A DNA stretch of 64,000 bases from contig CAYJKV010000002.1 of NCBI GenBank assembly GCA_964371255.1, positions 130,553 to 194,552 on the forward strand, given 5' to 3'. The position numbers and the translations under genes are program-made. Shown here in pieces: positions 1 to 10,690 of this stretch. The notes beneath the pieces were generated by a model, which saw only the letters and a program-made list of their open reading frames with translations, searched no databases and was not told the origin of the DNA. Within the stretch, counting starts at the first letter, position 1. Every line of letters begins with the position of its first letter. The stretch comes from an uncultured Candidatus Saccharibacteria bacterium. Lineage in GTDB: Bacteria; Patescibacteriota; Andersenbacteria; UBA10190.

Positions 1-771
1 GACTTGCCGCCAGCTGTCTATCAGTAATCCCACCCCCTTATAATATTCTACCGTCCCCACGTACAGGACGTTTCCGGCATATCCGTCGTTGACAGTTTTT
101 GTTATATAGTCATCCGCGATCGGATTAAAAATTATCTGAGTCGGCTTTGTACTGGCACCCCTTTGTTGACGAATGATTGTCGATTGCGCCATTGAAATAA
201 ATACTTCACCGTCTAAGTCATCAAACATACGCTGCCGATATTTAATATTCCCCCGGTATTGCCACCACCGGCCCCAACGTCTTAATCCTTGGGCTTCCGT
301 GATACGATGGGATAATTTTGCGTCCTGTATGCTATCCTTCGGCAATTCACCGTTGCCGGTTATGAAATTAGTGGATCCGCTGCAGGAAGCATAGTCCCTA
401 AGCGTCGCTATAATAGGTCCGCTGCCTCTATTCATTTTTCGCCACTCCATCAAGGCTAACACCGACCGGAAGTCATTCGCGTGCAAGATGTCTGCCCGTT
501 CTAATTCTGCTCGATGTCTATTTAACACTTTAGCGATTTGTCGGCTTTTCCTTCGTTCCCAGAGTGGTTTCTCTCGCAGCCCGGCCCTGACCATAATAAC
601 CTTCAGCCCATCAACCTCACGACTCCCATCTGCACCCTCGGTCATAACCACCACCTCATGCCCCGCCTCTTGCAGACCTTTGGCCAATAAGTACGTGGAT
701 ATTTCAGCCCCCCCCTTTGCCTCCGGCGGGAAATAAGCGGTCACTAACACCACTTTTATTCTATTGGTCAT
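1..771 (-). CDS. GT4 family glycosyltransferase (3' end runs off the window; not in the ORF track)
   Basis: Manual translation from ATG at 771 gives MTNRIKVVLVTAYFPPEAKGGAEISTYLLAKGLQEAGHEVVV... and, at the window edge, VGTVEYYKGVGLLIDSWRQV; ATGA overlap with the stop of the 768..1925 gene. Confidence 0.9.
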   Translation of the reverse strand, partial: MTNRIKVVLVTAYFPPEAKGGAEISTYLLAKGLQEAGHEVVVMTEGADGSREVDGLKVIMVRAGLREKPLWERRKSRQIAKVLNRHRAELERADILHANDFRSVLALMEWRKMNRGSGPIIATLRDYASCSGSTNFITGNGELPKDSIQDAKLSHRITEAQGLRRWGRWWQYRGNIKYRQRMFDDLDGEVFISMAQSTIIRQQRGASTKPTQIIFNPIADDYITKTVNDGYAGNVLYVGTVEYYKGVGLLIDSWRQV

Positions 772-1925
772 AAGACTTTTTTATATACGTTAAGAACAGC
801 CTGCGCCGATTCTTCCCAGCTGAATTTTTTAACTTGTTTAAGTCCCCGAGCTATTACTTCATTTCTTAGCTGCTTATTATTTAGCATGTCTTTAACTCTC
901 TTGGCCATCCCAACAGTATCTCCCGCCTCAACCAAAATGGCTCCATCACCTGCAATCTCGGGTGTGGCCGAAGCGTCCACAGCCACAATGGGCAACCCAG
1001 CCGCCATCGCTTGCACTAATGGCAGCCCAAACCCCTCGTTGATGGAAGGAAACAACAAGACATCGCTCATATTGTAAATTTCATTCAACTCGTCGTTGCT
1101 AATGTCCGCCACAAACTTTACGTTATTTCTTAATCCCAGCTGGTCAATCTGCTTGAGCGCTTTCTCCCGCTCCGGTAAAATTCCCGCCCCGCCCACCTTC
1201 ATCAGCACCGCCTGCTCGCCCTGCTTGATTAGTGTATGTAATACCTCAATTGCTTCATTCAGCTTTTTACGCGGATGGTCAGAACCGACAAATAATAAAA
1301 CATTAGTCTCGTTATCGATACCCCACCTCTTCTTCAAAGCCTGGTAGCCAATAGTCTGATGATACTTAGGTATCGACTGCCATTCTTCCCCCACCCCGTT
1401 ATAAATTACGGTAATTTTTTCCTCCGGTATGTGATAATGGTCTTTTATCTGCTGCGCTGTATACATTGAGACGGCGATAATATGGGAGGCTACATTCAAT
1501 CCGCTAAGTAAGTATTGGTTCAGGTATCTAGCCAGTGGCTGCTGCGGCGAGGTGACCTCAATAATATCATGCACGGTAAGCACGGTTGGTTTAGCCGCTC
1601 GATTGGCCAGAAAACTTAAAGACTGGTTGGTGATATCCCATAGGTCATAATCTCTTCGGTCCGTTTTAGCGGTATATTTTTTCCATCGTCTGGCTAATCT
1701 CACCCAGTTAATCGATTTGCTTTTCCTCCATTTCCCTCTCGTGCTCACCCAGTCGACCGGCCGCCCCTCTTTGCTCAGCAGTCCTCGTGTCCCATCGAAA
1801 TTGAACTCGTATATCTTAATATCTGCCCTGTGCCTCAACTGCTGTTGGATCTTAAGCGCTCTCAGTCCAACTCCCGACCGATCCGTGCTGTTTGTGAGGT
1901 AGGCAATTCTCATATCATCAGCCAT
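768..1925 (-). CDS. GT4 family glycosyltransferase
   Basis: LTVHD, IYNGV, FPSINEGFGLPLVQAMAAGLP (EX7E-type motif with Q). Confidence 0.93.
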   Translation of the reverse strand: MADDMRIAYLTNSTDRSGVGLRALKIQQQLRHRADIKIYEFNFDGTRGLLSKEGRPVDWVSTRGKWRKSKSINWVRLARRWKKYTAKTDRRDYDLWDITNQSLSFLANRAAKPTVLTVHDIIEVTSPQQPLARYLNQYLLSGLNVASHIIAVSMYTAQQIKDHYHIPEEKITVIYNGVGEEWQSIPKYHQTIGYQALKKRWGIDNETNVLLFVGSDHPRKKLNEAIEVLHTLIKQGEQAVLMKVGGAGILPEREKALKQIDQLGLRNNVKFVADISNDELNEIYNMSDVLLFPSINEGFGLPLVQAMAAGLPIVAVDASATPEIAGDGAILVEAGDTVGMAKRVKDMLNNKQLRNEVIARGLKQVKKFSWEESAQAVLNVYKKVL

Positions 1926-3033
1926 TTACCATCTTATAGATCTCCATTGTTTTATTAGCGACCATCTCCCAACTATTCGTTGTCGCCTGCTTCTTTCCGC
2001 GCTCCTGCATTACCGCCTGCTTTGACTTATCCTGCAATACCATTAGCATCCTCTGACCGAAATTTTCCACAAAAGCTTCGTCGTTTAGTCTTTTGTATAT
2101 ATTATCAGTGCTAAAGTTAACAATCTCCCCTGCTTCACCAACCACTTCCGGCAAAGATCCGCCATTGCTCACCACCACCGGCACCCCGTACGCCATTGCT
2201 TCTTGCGGCGGGAAGCCCCAACCCTCATACACCGAAGGCCAGACAAACAAATCAGCTTGTCCATATAACTGCTTAAGTTCCTCCTCCGAGACAAATCCCC
2301 GCCACTCAACCCGATCCTCCAATCCTAACGATCGACTTAATGCCAGATATTCCTGCCCGCCGTGGTATGGCTTGCCTGCCACCACTAACCGATGCGGTAT
2401 TTGCGCGCTAATTTTCGCAAATGACTTTAGCAAACCGCCGATATTTTTTCTCGGTTCAATCGTTCCGACAAATAATATGTACGGCCGCATGCTTGGCGTC
2501 TTCATCCCGTCGTAATCTAGTAATTTATCTTCAACACTAAGCCTGGTCACGGTAACCTTTGCCGGTTCAACCTTCAATTTCTCGCATATATCCTTCTTAC
2601 TTGCTTCAGAAATTGTCATAATGTGGTCGCTGTTTAGAGCTGCCCTCTTTAACGCCATCGGCCAATACCATCGTCTGGTCCATTTTTGCCCCTGCGGTAG
2701 TAATAAAGGAATCACGTCATAGATTGTCACTACTGTTGGCCGCCGTTTTCTTCTGGGCACATCCGCTTTAGTGTAGTGCACCACGTCAATGTTTAACGAT
2801 TGCAGCTTTTTCTCTAGTTGGTAATTCAACCAATAACCCAGTCCAATATCACCATACCGTTTCACCATCACGGTCTGTCGAAGTGGCCTACCCAACCTGA
2901 TCGGTGCGTCCACCACTGTGTAGCAAGTTAGTTGGTCACTTGTTCCCGGTAAATTAGTCAGCAAGTTCTTAACGTATCTATTTACGCCGCCCCCTTGATT
3001 CGTTAAAGCCCTGGCTTCAATCGCTACCTTCAT
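1918..3033 (-). CDS. GT4 family glycosyltransferase (MtfB/WbpY-like)
   Basis: [37 protein letters not shown]. Confidence 0.93.
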   Translation of the reverse strand: MKVAIEARALTNQGGGVNRYVKNLLTNLPGTSDQLTCYTVVDAPIRLGRPLRQTVMVKRYGDIGLGYWLNYQLEKKLQSLNIDVVHYTKADVPRRKRRPTVVTIYDVIPLLLPQGQKWTRRWYWPMALKRAALNSDHIMTISEASKKDICEKLKVEPAKVTVTRLSVEDKLLDYDGMKTPSMRPYILFVGTIEPRKNIGGLLKSFAKISAQIPHRLVVAGKPYHGGQEYLALSRSLGLEDRVEWRGFVSEEELKQLYGQADLFVWPSVYEGWGFPPQEAMAYGVPVVVSNGGSLPEVVGEAGEIVNFSTDNIYKRLNDEAFVENFGQRMLMVLQDKSKQAVMQERGKKQATTNSWEMVANKTMEIYKMVNG

Positions 3034-4229
3034 AGTGCCGGATTTTCATTATGTTTATTTTCCCCGAGGCAACTCCTCAAAACGTCTTCATATCGCTGTC
3101 CCACCTTTGGCCAATAGAAATCCTTAACACTGATTTTGTTTGCCTCACCCATCCTCTTCGCTAGAGTGTCATCGGCCAATATTCGGTTCATCGCCTGTGC
3201 TAACGCCCGGTGGCTTTTTGGTTCCACCAATAAGGCGTTCTGCTCCTGCACTAAGAAATCTGTCTGGCCGCCTTCCCAAGTACCAATAATTGGTAAACCT
3301 GCTTCCATCGCCTCCAAAAATACGATGCCGAACCCCTCGTGTTCGCTGGCCGAGATAAAGCAGTCCGCCTGTGCTAAAATGTTCATCTTCTCTTCTTCCC
3401 CCACATAACCCAAGAAATGCACACGATCAATTATGCGCAAATCATCAGCCTGTTTTTTTAGGCTTTCAAGTAAGGGTCCTTCACCAATAATAGCCAGGTG
3501 AGCCTCTGCGGTTTTCGCTAGCGCTGTTAGTAAACAGCTGTATCCTTTACGGGGTATTAAACGCCCCACCGATACCATTAACTTTACTCCGTCCGGTAAG
3601 CTTAGCTGTTGACGCGATTGCTGATTATTACATGAGCCTTCTTTGATGCCCAAGTTAATCACCACAATTGGTCTGGTTACCTTATGAATATCAACTGCTC
3701 TCCTTTTAGTGTCATTCGAAATAGCTGTACATACCACGGCTCGGTTGGAAATAAATTTTACTAATTTCCTCAGCCACCAGTGCCGATGCGGAGAAACACC
3801 CTTGGTGGGATCAAACAGATCGCCACCAATAAAGCTCAAAACCATTGGCACCTGCCTGCGTCTCGCTATCAACATAGCTGGAATTCCTGAGGGTATAACA
3901 AATTGTGCGTTAATGACATCAATCTCTGCCTCTTTTGCTATTTTTCTACCATGCCACCAGGCACTCGGTATATACGTCGCCATGGACAGCAGCGACGCAA
4001 CTGCCAGACTTTTTCGTCCCCAAACCGGTACGCGATGCACATGCACTCCCCGTACTATATGCGTGTTGCTGTCGGCGTTGGTGGAGCGCTCCAGGAATCG
4101 TCTGCTGGGCCGGCTGGTAATAACATGCACAGTGTGGTGCTTAGCTAACTCTTCTGCGATAAATTTCGTAGCAATTCCGCCGCCTCCTCCCAAAGGTGGA
4201 TACTCAAAATTGAAAATCAATATTTTCAT
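3030..4229 (-). CDS. GT4 family glycosyltransferase
   Basis: EYPPLGGGG, VGRLIPRKG, SEHEGFGIVFLEAMEAGLP. Confidence 0.93.
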   Translation of the reverse strand: MKILIFNFEYPPLGGGGGIATKFIAEELAKHHTVHVITSRPSRRFLERSTNADSNTHIVRGVHVHRVPVWGRKSLAVASLLSMATYIPSAWWHGRKIAKEAEIDVINAQFVIPSGIPAMLIARRRQVPMVLSFIGGDLFDPTKGVSPHRHWWLRKLVKFISNRAVVCTAISNDTKRRAVDIHKVTRPIVVINLGIKEGSCNNQQSRQQLSLPDGVKLMVSVGRLIPRKGYSCLLTALAKTAEAHLAIIGEGPLLESLKKQADDLRIIDRVHFLGYVGEEEKMNILAQADCFISASEHEGFGIVFLEAMEAGLPIIGTWEGGQTDFLVQEQNALLVEPKSHRALAQAMNRILADDTLAKRMGEANKISVKDFYWPKVGQRYEDVLRSCLGENKHNENPAL

Positions 4230-6346
4230 AGTTCATTAAATACTTGCATGACTGGCTGTTTTAGGATGACTGACTCCTCGGCGCTATTTCTTATGATTAA
4301 CCTGCTTTTACCCGGTAGCGCTACTGTTTCGATCGTTTGTGTTTGCCGCTCTTCATCCCATTTAATTTCTACCTGCGTCCCCTCAATCGTTAGCTGGTTT
4401 TTCACCGCCCTGTTCAGCTCCCAGCTTATCAGGATACGTTTTGGCCCCTGATTATTATTATAGATCGTTAGAGTCGCCTCCTCCTTGATGCCGGCAATAA
4501 TTTTTCCCGTCTCTGGCTCTCGCCCGACTTCTCCCCAAGCATCATCACGGGCAATAAACACACCGTCCCCAGCTGGTAATTGACTGCTGTCGTACAGCCA
4601 CACATCATCAATCTCTTCGCGCCGCAATTTGCACGTCTTTTCCATAAAATCAATTGTTGCCTCCAGTTGCCTGTCCGATAACGAGTCCGGATGCACAACC
4701 ACCTGTCCAATATCTAAAGCGTCAACTACGTCGCCCATGGTTTCCACCATATCTTGCTCCAAAAATTCAGTCCGGTGCTCCAGTAGATGGTTCGTTCTTA
4801 AATACAATATCTGCCTCAGCGCTGGCATCGACTGAATTTCCCGATACGCCTGCGCCCCTTGTGCCCTTTCTAAAGCAATATTATTAAGCACGGTTTTGCC
4901 ATGAACTAAGCTGCCGAACAAGGCTCGTGACGCTATTGTATAGTTGGTCGCCGCCGGTAGTTCGATAACAGCTGTTCCTGGTTGATCTTTAATAACTGCA
5001 TAAGCTCTGGGGGTTTGCGCTGCCATCATCGGCACCGGCAGGAAAAGGAACTCCAGAATGATCAGCCCGGCGATAGCCCCGGCACTGCCCAGGCGCTTCA
5101 CCTGCGTTGCTAATACCCAACCAAACAGGACCATCCAGGAAAAATTAACCATGACACCCGCTCGGGCTATCGTCCTAATGGCGCGCAATACCGGCCAGCT
5201 ATCGACCATAGCCCAAGGCAACGGCACGCCTGTCACATACCCTAATAAATGTAATTTTGGGCCTAAACTAATAATGAAAAATATTAATGCGCTGCCAAGC
5301 CAGAATTTTAATTGCCGCCTCGGTATTTTTTGCCAGAAGAACGTCACCATTAAAATTGGCACATATCCCATAAATAGTGTTGTCTCTTGTGCGTTGCCAG
5401 TAAAATATCGTCCCCATACTTGACTAGCCGCCGATCCCCAAAGCGAATGGAAAGCGGCTGGTACTACGTAAGCGAACGGATCGGCTGAATAACGGATGAC
5501 CTGCTCCGGACCCAAGTCTAGCTGACTGTCATCTATTCCGGCTAATTGTATAGTTGGCCCCAACGATAGTCCGACGGTTATTAATACCAAGACGAAGGCC
5601 AATCCCAGAGACCATGTTCCTCTCTCCATCGCCACTACTGCCTTTAAGTTTGCTCGGAAATAAACCACAAACCAGGCGCAAAATATTATTAACCATAATA
5701 AGTAATGATGCTCTGTCCAGGCTTGGATTGTTATTAACCCTGCCACTATTAGCCCCTTTCCGATAGTCGGCTTATTCACCAATGACCAGGCCGTCAGAAC
5801 TATGAAAGGCAGCCATTGCAATTGCATGGCGCCAAAATGACCGCTGCCATGAGCCACGTGATAAGGCAGTAGCATATAGGCCATACCGGCCAGAAATCCC
5901 GGTGCTTCTCTGACCAACCTTTTGGCACCCGGCGTAATATCCGCCATATCTACACCAACATTTTCGCCATAAGTATTAATCAACCAGCCCATCAACAGAT
6001 ACATACCGTAACCAGCTAGTACGTAGCTCGCCAAATAAATTACATTGTATCCGGCAACCACCCCAAAGAGAGCCGCCACCGGCAGCCATGGCCACACCGA
6101 CAAATTCACCAATTCCGCTTTACCTAATCCAATAAATTCCGCTCGGATCGCAGTCGCGCTTCTCTCCCTCAAAGCTTGATTTACTAGCGAGGCCTTTTCT
6201 TCTAATCGCCATAAGCTTTGCCACGGATCTCCGCCGGTTCCGACAACATGGCTATTAATATTGCCCACTACGGGCCAGGTTAGTATAAGCGCCAAAACTA
6301 AATATAACCCAATTACTCCGGCATGTTTTAGAATGGTTTTTATCAT
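4226..6346 (-). CDS. Polytopic GT-C-type membrane glycosyltransferase (YfhO-like) with extracellular C-terminal domain
   Basis: About 12 hydrophobic segments; acidic GGDPWQ motif after TM1; SADP, SLGP, RTIAR and VIELP motifs; ATG at 6346 preferred over the ORF-track start at 6376. Confidence 0.75.
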   Translation of the reverse strand: MIKTILKHAGVIGLYLVLALILTWPVVGNINSHVVGTGGDPWQSLWRLEEKASLVNQALRERSATAIRAEFIGLGKAELVNLSVWPWLPVAALFGVVAGYNVIYLASYVLAGYGMYLLMGWLINTYGENVGVDMADITPGAKRLVREAPGFLAGMAYMLLPYHVAHGSGHFGAMQLQWLPFIVLTAWSLVNKPTIGKGLIVAGLITIQAWTEHHYLLWLIIFCAWFVVYFRANLKAVVAMERGTWSLGLAFVLVLITVGLSLGPTIQLAGIDDSQLDLGPEQVIRYSADPFAYVVPAAFHSLWGSAASQVWGRYFTGNAQETTLFMGYVPILMVTFFWQKIPRRQLKFWLGSALIFFIISLGPKLHLLGYVTGVPLPWAMVDSWPVLRAIRTIARAGVMVNFSWMVLFGWVLATQVKRLGSAGAIAGLIILEFLFLPVPMMAAQTPRAYAVIKDQPGTAVIELPAATNYTIASRALFGSLVHGKTVLNNIALERAQGAQAYREIQSMPALRQILYLRTNHLLEHRTEFLEQDMVETMGDVVDALDIGQVVVHPDSLSDRQLEATIDFMEKTCKLRREEIDDVWLYDSSQLPAGDGVFIARDDAWGEVGREPETGKIIAGIKEEATLTIYNNNQGPKRILISWELNRAVKNQLTIEGTQVEIKWDEERQTQTIETVALPGKSRLIIRNSAEESVILKQPVMQVFNEL

Positions 6347-6356
6347 GCTTTTATCT

Positions 6357-6435
6357 AGGGTAGCACATTGAATCAATAATCTACCCTCCCGTCAAATTAA
6401 ATTATGAGCAATATCCACACCCGTGGCAATTGCTC
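6357..6435. repeat. Two tandem imperfect inverted repeats in a divergent intergenic region
   Basis: AGGGTAG(6357-63)/CTACCCT(6381-87) with inner ATTG/CAAT; GAGCAAT(6406-12)/ATTGCTC(6429-35) with inner CCAC/GTGG. Confidence 0.5.
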
Positions 6436-6457
6436 GTCAGTGTGGCTAATGTAGTCT
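6430..6457 (+). promoter_or_regulatory. Putative sigma70 promoter, leaderless geometry
   Basis: TTGCTC-N16-TAGTCT-N6-ATG(6464). Confidence 0.5.
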
Positions 6458-6463
6458 AATTAG

Positions 6464-7165
6464 ATGGCGAAGTTAAATTCAAATTCTATCAACGTAGTTA
6501 TCGTGATACCGGCTTATAATGAAGCGAGTGTCATTGGTTCTGTGATTGACTCAATCCATCGCGCCGGTTATTCCTCCATCATTGTGGTTGATGACGGATC
6601 GACTGATATGACATCACCAAACGCTATTACCGCCGGAGCATTAGTTATTACCCATCGCATCAACCGCGGCAAAGGGGCGGCCACAAAGACTGGCCTGGAG
6701 GCGGCCGGTCTTTTATCGGCGGATATTGTGGTAACGATGGATGGGGACGGACAGCATCATGCACACGATATTGACGCCCTGATTGCTCCTCTTCGCCAAG
6801 GCGTTTGTAATGTCACCCTTGGCACAAGATCCAAAGACACTGCCGCCATGCCCATTACCAGAATTGTCTCTAACCATATCGCCAATTTCGTGACTTGGAC
6901 TTTCTATGGCCTTTATGTGCAGGACAGCCAATCTGGTTTTCGTGCGTATAATCGCCAGGCTCTGCGCCAGATTTCTACTTCCGCGGATACCTATGACTAC
7001 GAAAGCGAAGTGATTCGTGAAATTCACCGTCATCGTCTCATTTACAAGGAAGTGCCAATTGGCGTACATTACACGGACTATTCAATGTCTAAACCAACCC
7101 GCCAGGACTTTGCCAATGGCTTCAAAACACTGTACAAAATTATTTGGAAGGTAATTTCATTCTGA
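6464..7165 (+). CDS. GT2 DPM1-like polyprenol-phosphate glycosyltransferase
   Basis: VIPAYNE, VVDDGSTD, NRGKGAA, MDGDGQH, DSQSGFRAY. Confidence 0.93.
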   Translation: MAKLNSNSINVVIVIPAYNEASVIGSVIDSIHRAGYSSIIVVDDGSTDMTSPNAITAGALVITHRINRGKGAATKTGLEAAGLLSADIVVTMDGDGQHHAHDIDALIAPLRQGVCNVTLGTRSKDTAAMPITRIVSNHIANFVTWTFYGLYVQDSQSGFRAYNRQALRQISTSADTYDYESEVIREIHRHRLIYKEVPIGVHYTDYSMSKPTRQDFANGFKTLYKIIWKVISF

Positions 7166-7518
7166 TGCGTATCGGCGACCTTCAATTTTATCAAATCGCG
7201 GTCCTACTCATTTCACTGGTGATGATTTACTTTGGCCTGGAGAAATATTTCCAGCGTCAGGCCACCCAAACCTTCTTTAAGCTTTTAGTCCGCATCATCG
7301 TCTGGGGCGGCATGTCCCTCGTCGCTCTCTTTCCCCGGCTCACCGATCAAATCGCCTCATTTATTGGCATCGTTGAAAACGTCAATGCCGTTATCATGCT
7401 GGGGTTTTTACTTGTCTTTCTGCTTATCTTTAAAATTCTTTCTGTCGTTGAACGACTAGAGCAGCAAATTTCTACCCTCATCCGTCAAGACGCCCTCAAT
7501 AACTTTAAAAAGAAATGA
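7165..7518 (+). CDS. DUF2304-like small membrane protein (partner of DPM1-like GT2)
   Basis: Three TM segments then a coiled tail (VERLEQQISTLIRQDAL); TGATG coupling to the GT2 gene, the usual context for DUF2304. Confidence 0.8.
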   Translation: MRIGDLQFYQIAVLLISLVMIYFGLEKYFQRQATQTFFKLLVRIIVWGGMSLVALFPRLTDQIASFIGIVENVNAVIMLGFLLVFLLIFKILSVVERLEQQISTLIRQDALNNFKKK

Positions 7519-8750
7519 AATCGTCCGTTCCCATGCCACGGACCAACCAGACCCTTGCCGATTCTGCCCCCCGACTGACAATTCCTGTTACTAACCATTC
7601 CACTTTTCGCTTAGTCTCTTTTTGTCCCTATTATCCTCCCCACGTGGGTGGCTTGGAGAAATTCGCTGACGCTTTGCATCGTTTACTGGCAGACCACGGA
7701 CATCATGTCACAGTATTTACGGCCCACCTCCCCCCGCCATCTCATCCTAGTTTCGATTATGGCCATGTTTCCGTCCTTAAATACCCAGCCTTTGATATCA
7801 TTTTTGGGTATCCCGTGCCAAAATTTTGGGATCCGGACTTCTGGCGGCTCTACCTCCGCTTGTCAGACACCAAATACGACTTCGTCTTATCATCTACCCG
7901 TTTCTTCCTTTCTTCGTTACTAGCGCTATTTTTTGCCAAATTCCATCGCCTGCCCCTGATCCACATCGAACATGGCAGTGAGTATGTGCAATCCGATAGT
8001 ATGTTTGTGACCTGGCTTGCCCGCTTTTATGATGAAACCCTGGGCCGTCTAGTATTGCGGTCGTCTACCTGCAATATTTCTCCGTCTCGGTCAGCACAGG
8101 CCTTTATCGCCCGTTTTGATCACCGCCCTTCCCCACTTATTTATCGTGGCATATCCCGCCGCGATATTGATCGTATTCCCGCTGCTGCGCTTGACTATAT
8201 ACACGCCGGACAATTACCAATTGTTTTTGCGGGACGTTTGATTGACGCCAAAGGAGTAGCTGATTTGTTGCAAGCCTTAGTCTCTTTGCCCCGCTCAAGT
8301 TATTTCATGTCTCTTATTGGTTCTGGTCCTGCGCAGCCCGCATTGGTATCATTAGTTACCAAACTCCAATTATCATCTAATGTTAAATTCCTTGGCCCTC
8401 TTTCCCATCATGACACGATCGCCCACCTTAAGGCTGCCGCCATCTGCGTTAATCCCAGTTACAACGAAGGGTTACCAACCGTTCTCTTGGAAGCCGGACT
8501 CTCCGATTGCGCCATTATCGCTACCGCTGTCGGCGGCACCACTGAAATAATCCGCCATCAGTATTCCGGCTTACTTTTTCAGCCGGCAGACCAGGCGGCT
8601 CTCTCTACCCACTTGTTCATGTTAATCAACAATTCTGTCCTTCGGGCCAAGCTGGCAGCTAACGCCAAACAGTCCATTATCAAGCAATTTGATCTATTGC
8701 GCACCTACCGTCAGTATCTGTCAGTTTTTCATAATTGCCGCCAGCAATGA
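7515..8750 (+). CDS. GT4 family glycosyltransferase
   Basis: YYPPHVGGLE, FAGRLIDAKG, PSYNEGLPTVLLEAG. Confidence 0.92.
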   Translation: MKSSVPMPRTNQTLADSAPRLTIPVTNHSTFRLVSFCPYYPPHVGGLEKFADALHRLLADHGHHVTVFTAHLPPPSHPSFDYGHVSVLKYPAFDIIFGYPVPKFWDPDFWRLYLRLSDTKYDFVLSSTRFFLSSLLALFFAKFHRLPLIHIEHGSEYVQSDSMFVTWLARFYDETLGRLVLRSSTCNISPSRSAQAFIARFDHRPSPLIYRGISRRDIDRIPAAALDYIHAGQLPIVFAGRLIDAKGVADLLQALVSLPRSSYFMSLIGSGPAQPALVSLVTKLQLSSNVKFLGPLSHHDTIAHLKAAAICVNPSYNEGLPTVLLEAGLSDCAIIATAVGGTTEIIRHQYSGLLFQPADQAALSTHLFMLINNSVLRAKLAANAKQSIIKQFDLLRTYRQYLSVFHNCRQQ

Positions 8751-10690
8751 CACTCCAAAAACTCAACATCATTATTCTTTTGCTTTGGACGGTGTCCGGT
8801 AGCCTGGCGCAGCTTTTCTCCTGGCCATGGCTCGATCTACTTTTTACTTTGCTAACTATGATTGTCATGTTCATCATGGCCGGCATCAGCCTTTATTATG
8901 TTCTTTTCTATAAACACCAACTCGTCGTGCACGACCCGCCCTTGTTAGCCAGTGTTGGCCTGATTGTTAGTATCTTCATCGTTCCCCTGCTGCTATTTCT
9001 GGCTGATATTTTTCTGCCCCTGCACCACACACGCCTTCTTGCCTTAGTTTATATTACCCTGCTCTTACTGCCCTTGGGACGAAGTCCGTTACCTTTCTTA
9101 CTGCCAGATTGCAATTGGCGCCAGCTTCGTATTCAACACCTCTTTCATCCAATTATTTTAGCCTGCGGCCTCATTCTGTTCGTGCAACTTTTCTTATTAA
9201 ATCAATATATATTTCTGCCTGGGCTTGATGCTTATACCTGGCTAATGACCTATGACACCAATCTCAGTCACCAGCTCTATGATCTCTCCGCCGGTATTAA
9301 CCGGACCTTGTTTTCAACCCTAGTCGCCATTATTAGTCGGTTAGCTCACGCGTCCTTGTTCCCCATTTTCAAATACTACTTGCCGCTTCTATCTTTATTG
9401 CCAATCATCCCTCTCTGGCTGGTAGCCCGCACTCTTCCTGGCCGCCTCTCGCAATTCTTATTCTTGTCTTCCTTGCTGGCCGCGCCGGCCATTATCCTTG
9501 ATTGGCACGCGACTCGCCACCAATTAATTCTGCTGCTTTTTCTTTATCTTGCCATTGGTCTGTTATTCACTGCCCGTCGCTATCAGCTGCTTTCACTGTT
9601 TTGGCTTACTTTCATCGCCTGCTTTATCGGCATTCTTTATCACCCCTTATTCCTGGTTTTGATTGTCTTTTGGCTGTCGTCAGCCTTGATGCTGCACCGC
9701 TCTTTCATTAATCAGCATCCGTTATTTTCCGTTTTTCTAGCCGCTATATTCTTTTTTGCCGCTCACTTGCTCAAGCTAACATCCTTAATTACGAACTTAA
9801 CTCTTCGCTTAAACGACGTCTTCACCAATCTATTGTTTGGTCGCTGGAATTTAGCCTACCCGTCCGCCTTTATTAGTGAAGGCGTGCCGATGGGTTGGCC
9901 AGGATTTTTGGGTGTGTCAAAATATTACGGTTATTACGCTGGTCCGTTGCCTCTATTTTTAATTATAACGACCATCCTCCTCTGCCTTTTCTCTCCATCA
10001 TTTCGCCATCGTTTTTCCGCAGCCATGCGCTCTCCCTTCTTGCTTCCCCTGACTTTGCTATCCACCCTTCTTATCTTGCTGGCTGAATTTTTACCCCGCT
10101 TTACCGGCATCGCCTACCTGCCGGACCGCGCCTGGTTATTGCTCAGTGTTACCACTCTCGTTTTTATACCCTTTATATTTAATCACCTGCCCTCCCGTCC
10201 ATTCTCTTTCGTTATCATCGCTGGTTATTCCCTTGCTGTTATCAGTTCTACGGCGGGCGCTCTGTATATCAATCACAGTATGTCCTATACGATGCCAGAC
10301 TATGAATTCGCAGCCGCTGCCTGGATAAAAGCCAACTTACCGGCCCAGTCGGTTGTTTTTACCAGCTCCTCCAAAAATATTTTACGTTATTATGCCGGCG
10401 TGAAGCTGCTTCCCATCAATCAGCAGCTTATGTCTGGCAATAATGCGGCGGATATTTTAGCCCACATCACCACCTATCGTGATAAATTTGATCCGAGCAA
10501 ATTATATATCTATTACGCTATCACTGATCCGCGCAATCCATTCATTGATCGTCCGTATGCCAGCAGCTTTACCCAAAAACGCGATCTGACGTCTTTCCCG
10601 GCGCTGGATACTAACCACGATCAATTTGCATTAATTTATTCAAAGCCTAACCTTGTATATCTCTGGCAAGTTAATATTCTTAACCCATGA
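8747..10690 (+). CDS. Polytopic GT-C-like membrane protein with STT3/AglB-like C-terminal domain
   Basis: Many TM segments; GLDAYTW acidic loop; DRAW; AAAWIKANLPAQSVVF; paralog of the next gene; ATGA overlap at 8747. Confidence 0.7.
   Translation: MTLQKLNIIILLLWTVSGSLAQLFSWPWLDLLFTLLTMIVMFIMAGISLYYVLFYKHQLVVHDPPLLASVGLIVSIFIVPLLLFLADIFLPLHHTRLLALVYITLLLLPLGRSPLPFLLPDCNWRQLRIQHLFHPIILACGLILFVQLFLLNQYIFLPGLDAYTWLMTYDTNLSHQLYDLSAGINRTLFSTLVAIISRLAHASLFPIFKYYLPLLSLLPIIPLWLVARTLPGRLSQFLFLSSLLAAPAIILDWHATRHQLILLLFLYLAIGLLFTARRYQLLSLFWLTFIACFIGILYHPLFLVLIVFWLSSALMLHRSFINQHPLFSVFLAAIFFFAAHLLKLTSLITNLTLRLNDVFTNLLFGRWNLAYPSAFISEGVPMGWPGFLGVSKYYGYYAGPLPLFLIITTILLCLFSPSFRHRFSAAMRSPFLLPLTLLSTLLILLAEFLPRFTGIAYLPDRAWLLLSVTTLVFIPFIFNHLPSRPFSFVIIAGYSLAVISSTAGALYINHSMSYTMPDYEFAAAAWIKANLPAQSVVFTSSSKNILRYYAGVKLLPINQQLMSGNNAADILAHITTYRDKFDPSKLYIYYAITDPRNPFIDRPYASSFTQKRDLTSFPALDTNHDQFALIYSKPNLVYLWQVNILNP

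Noticed and set aside
173-736. Plus-strand ORFs 173..394 and 488..736
   Set aside because: They are antisense shadows of the truncated minus-strand GT4 gene (1..771) that the ORF track missed
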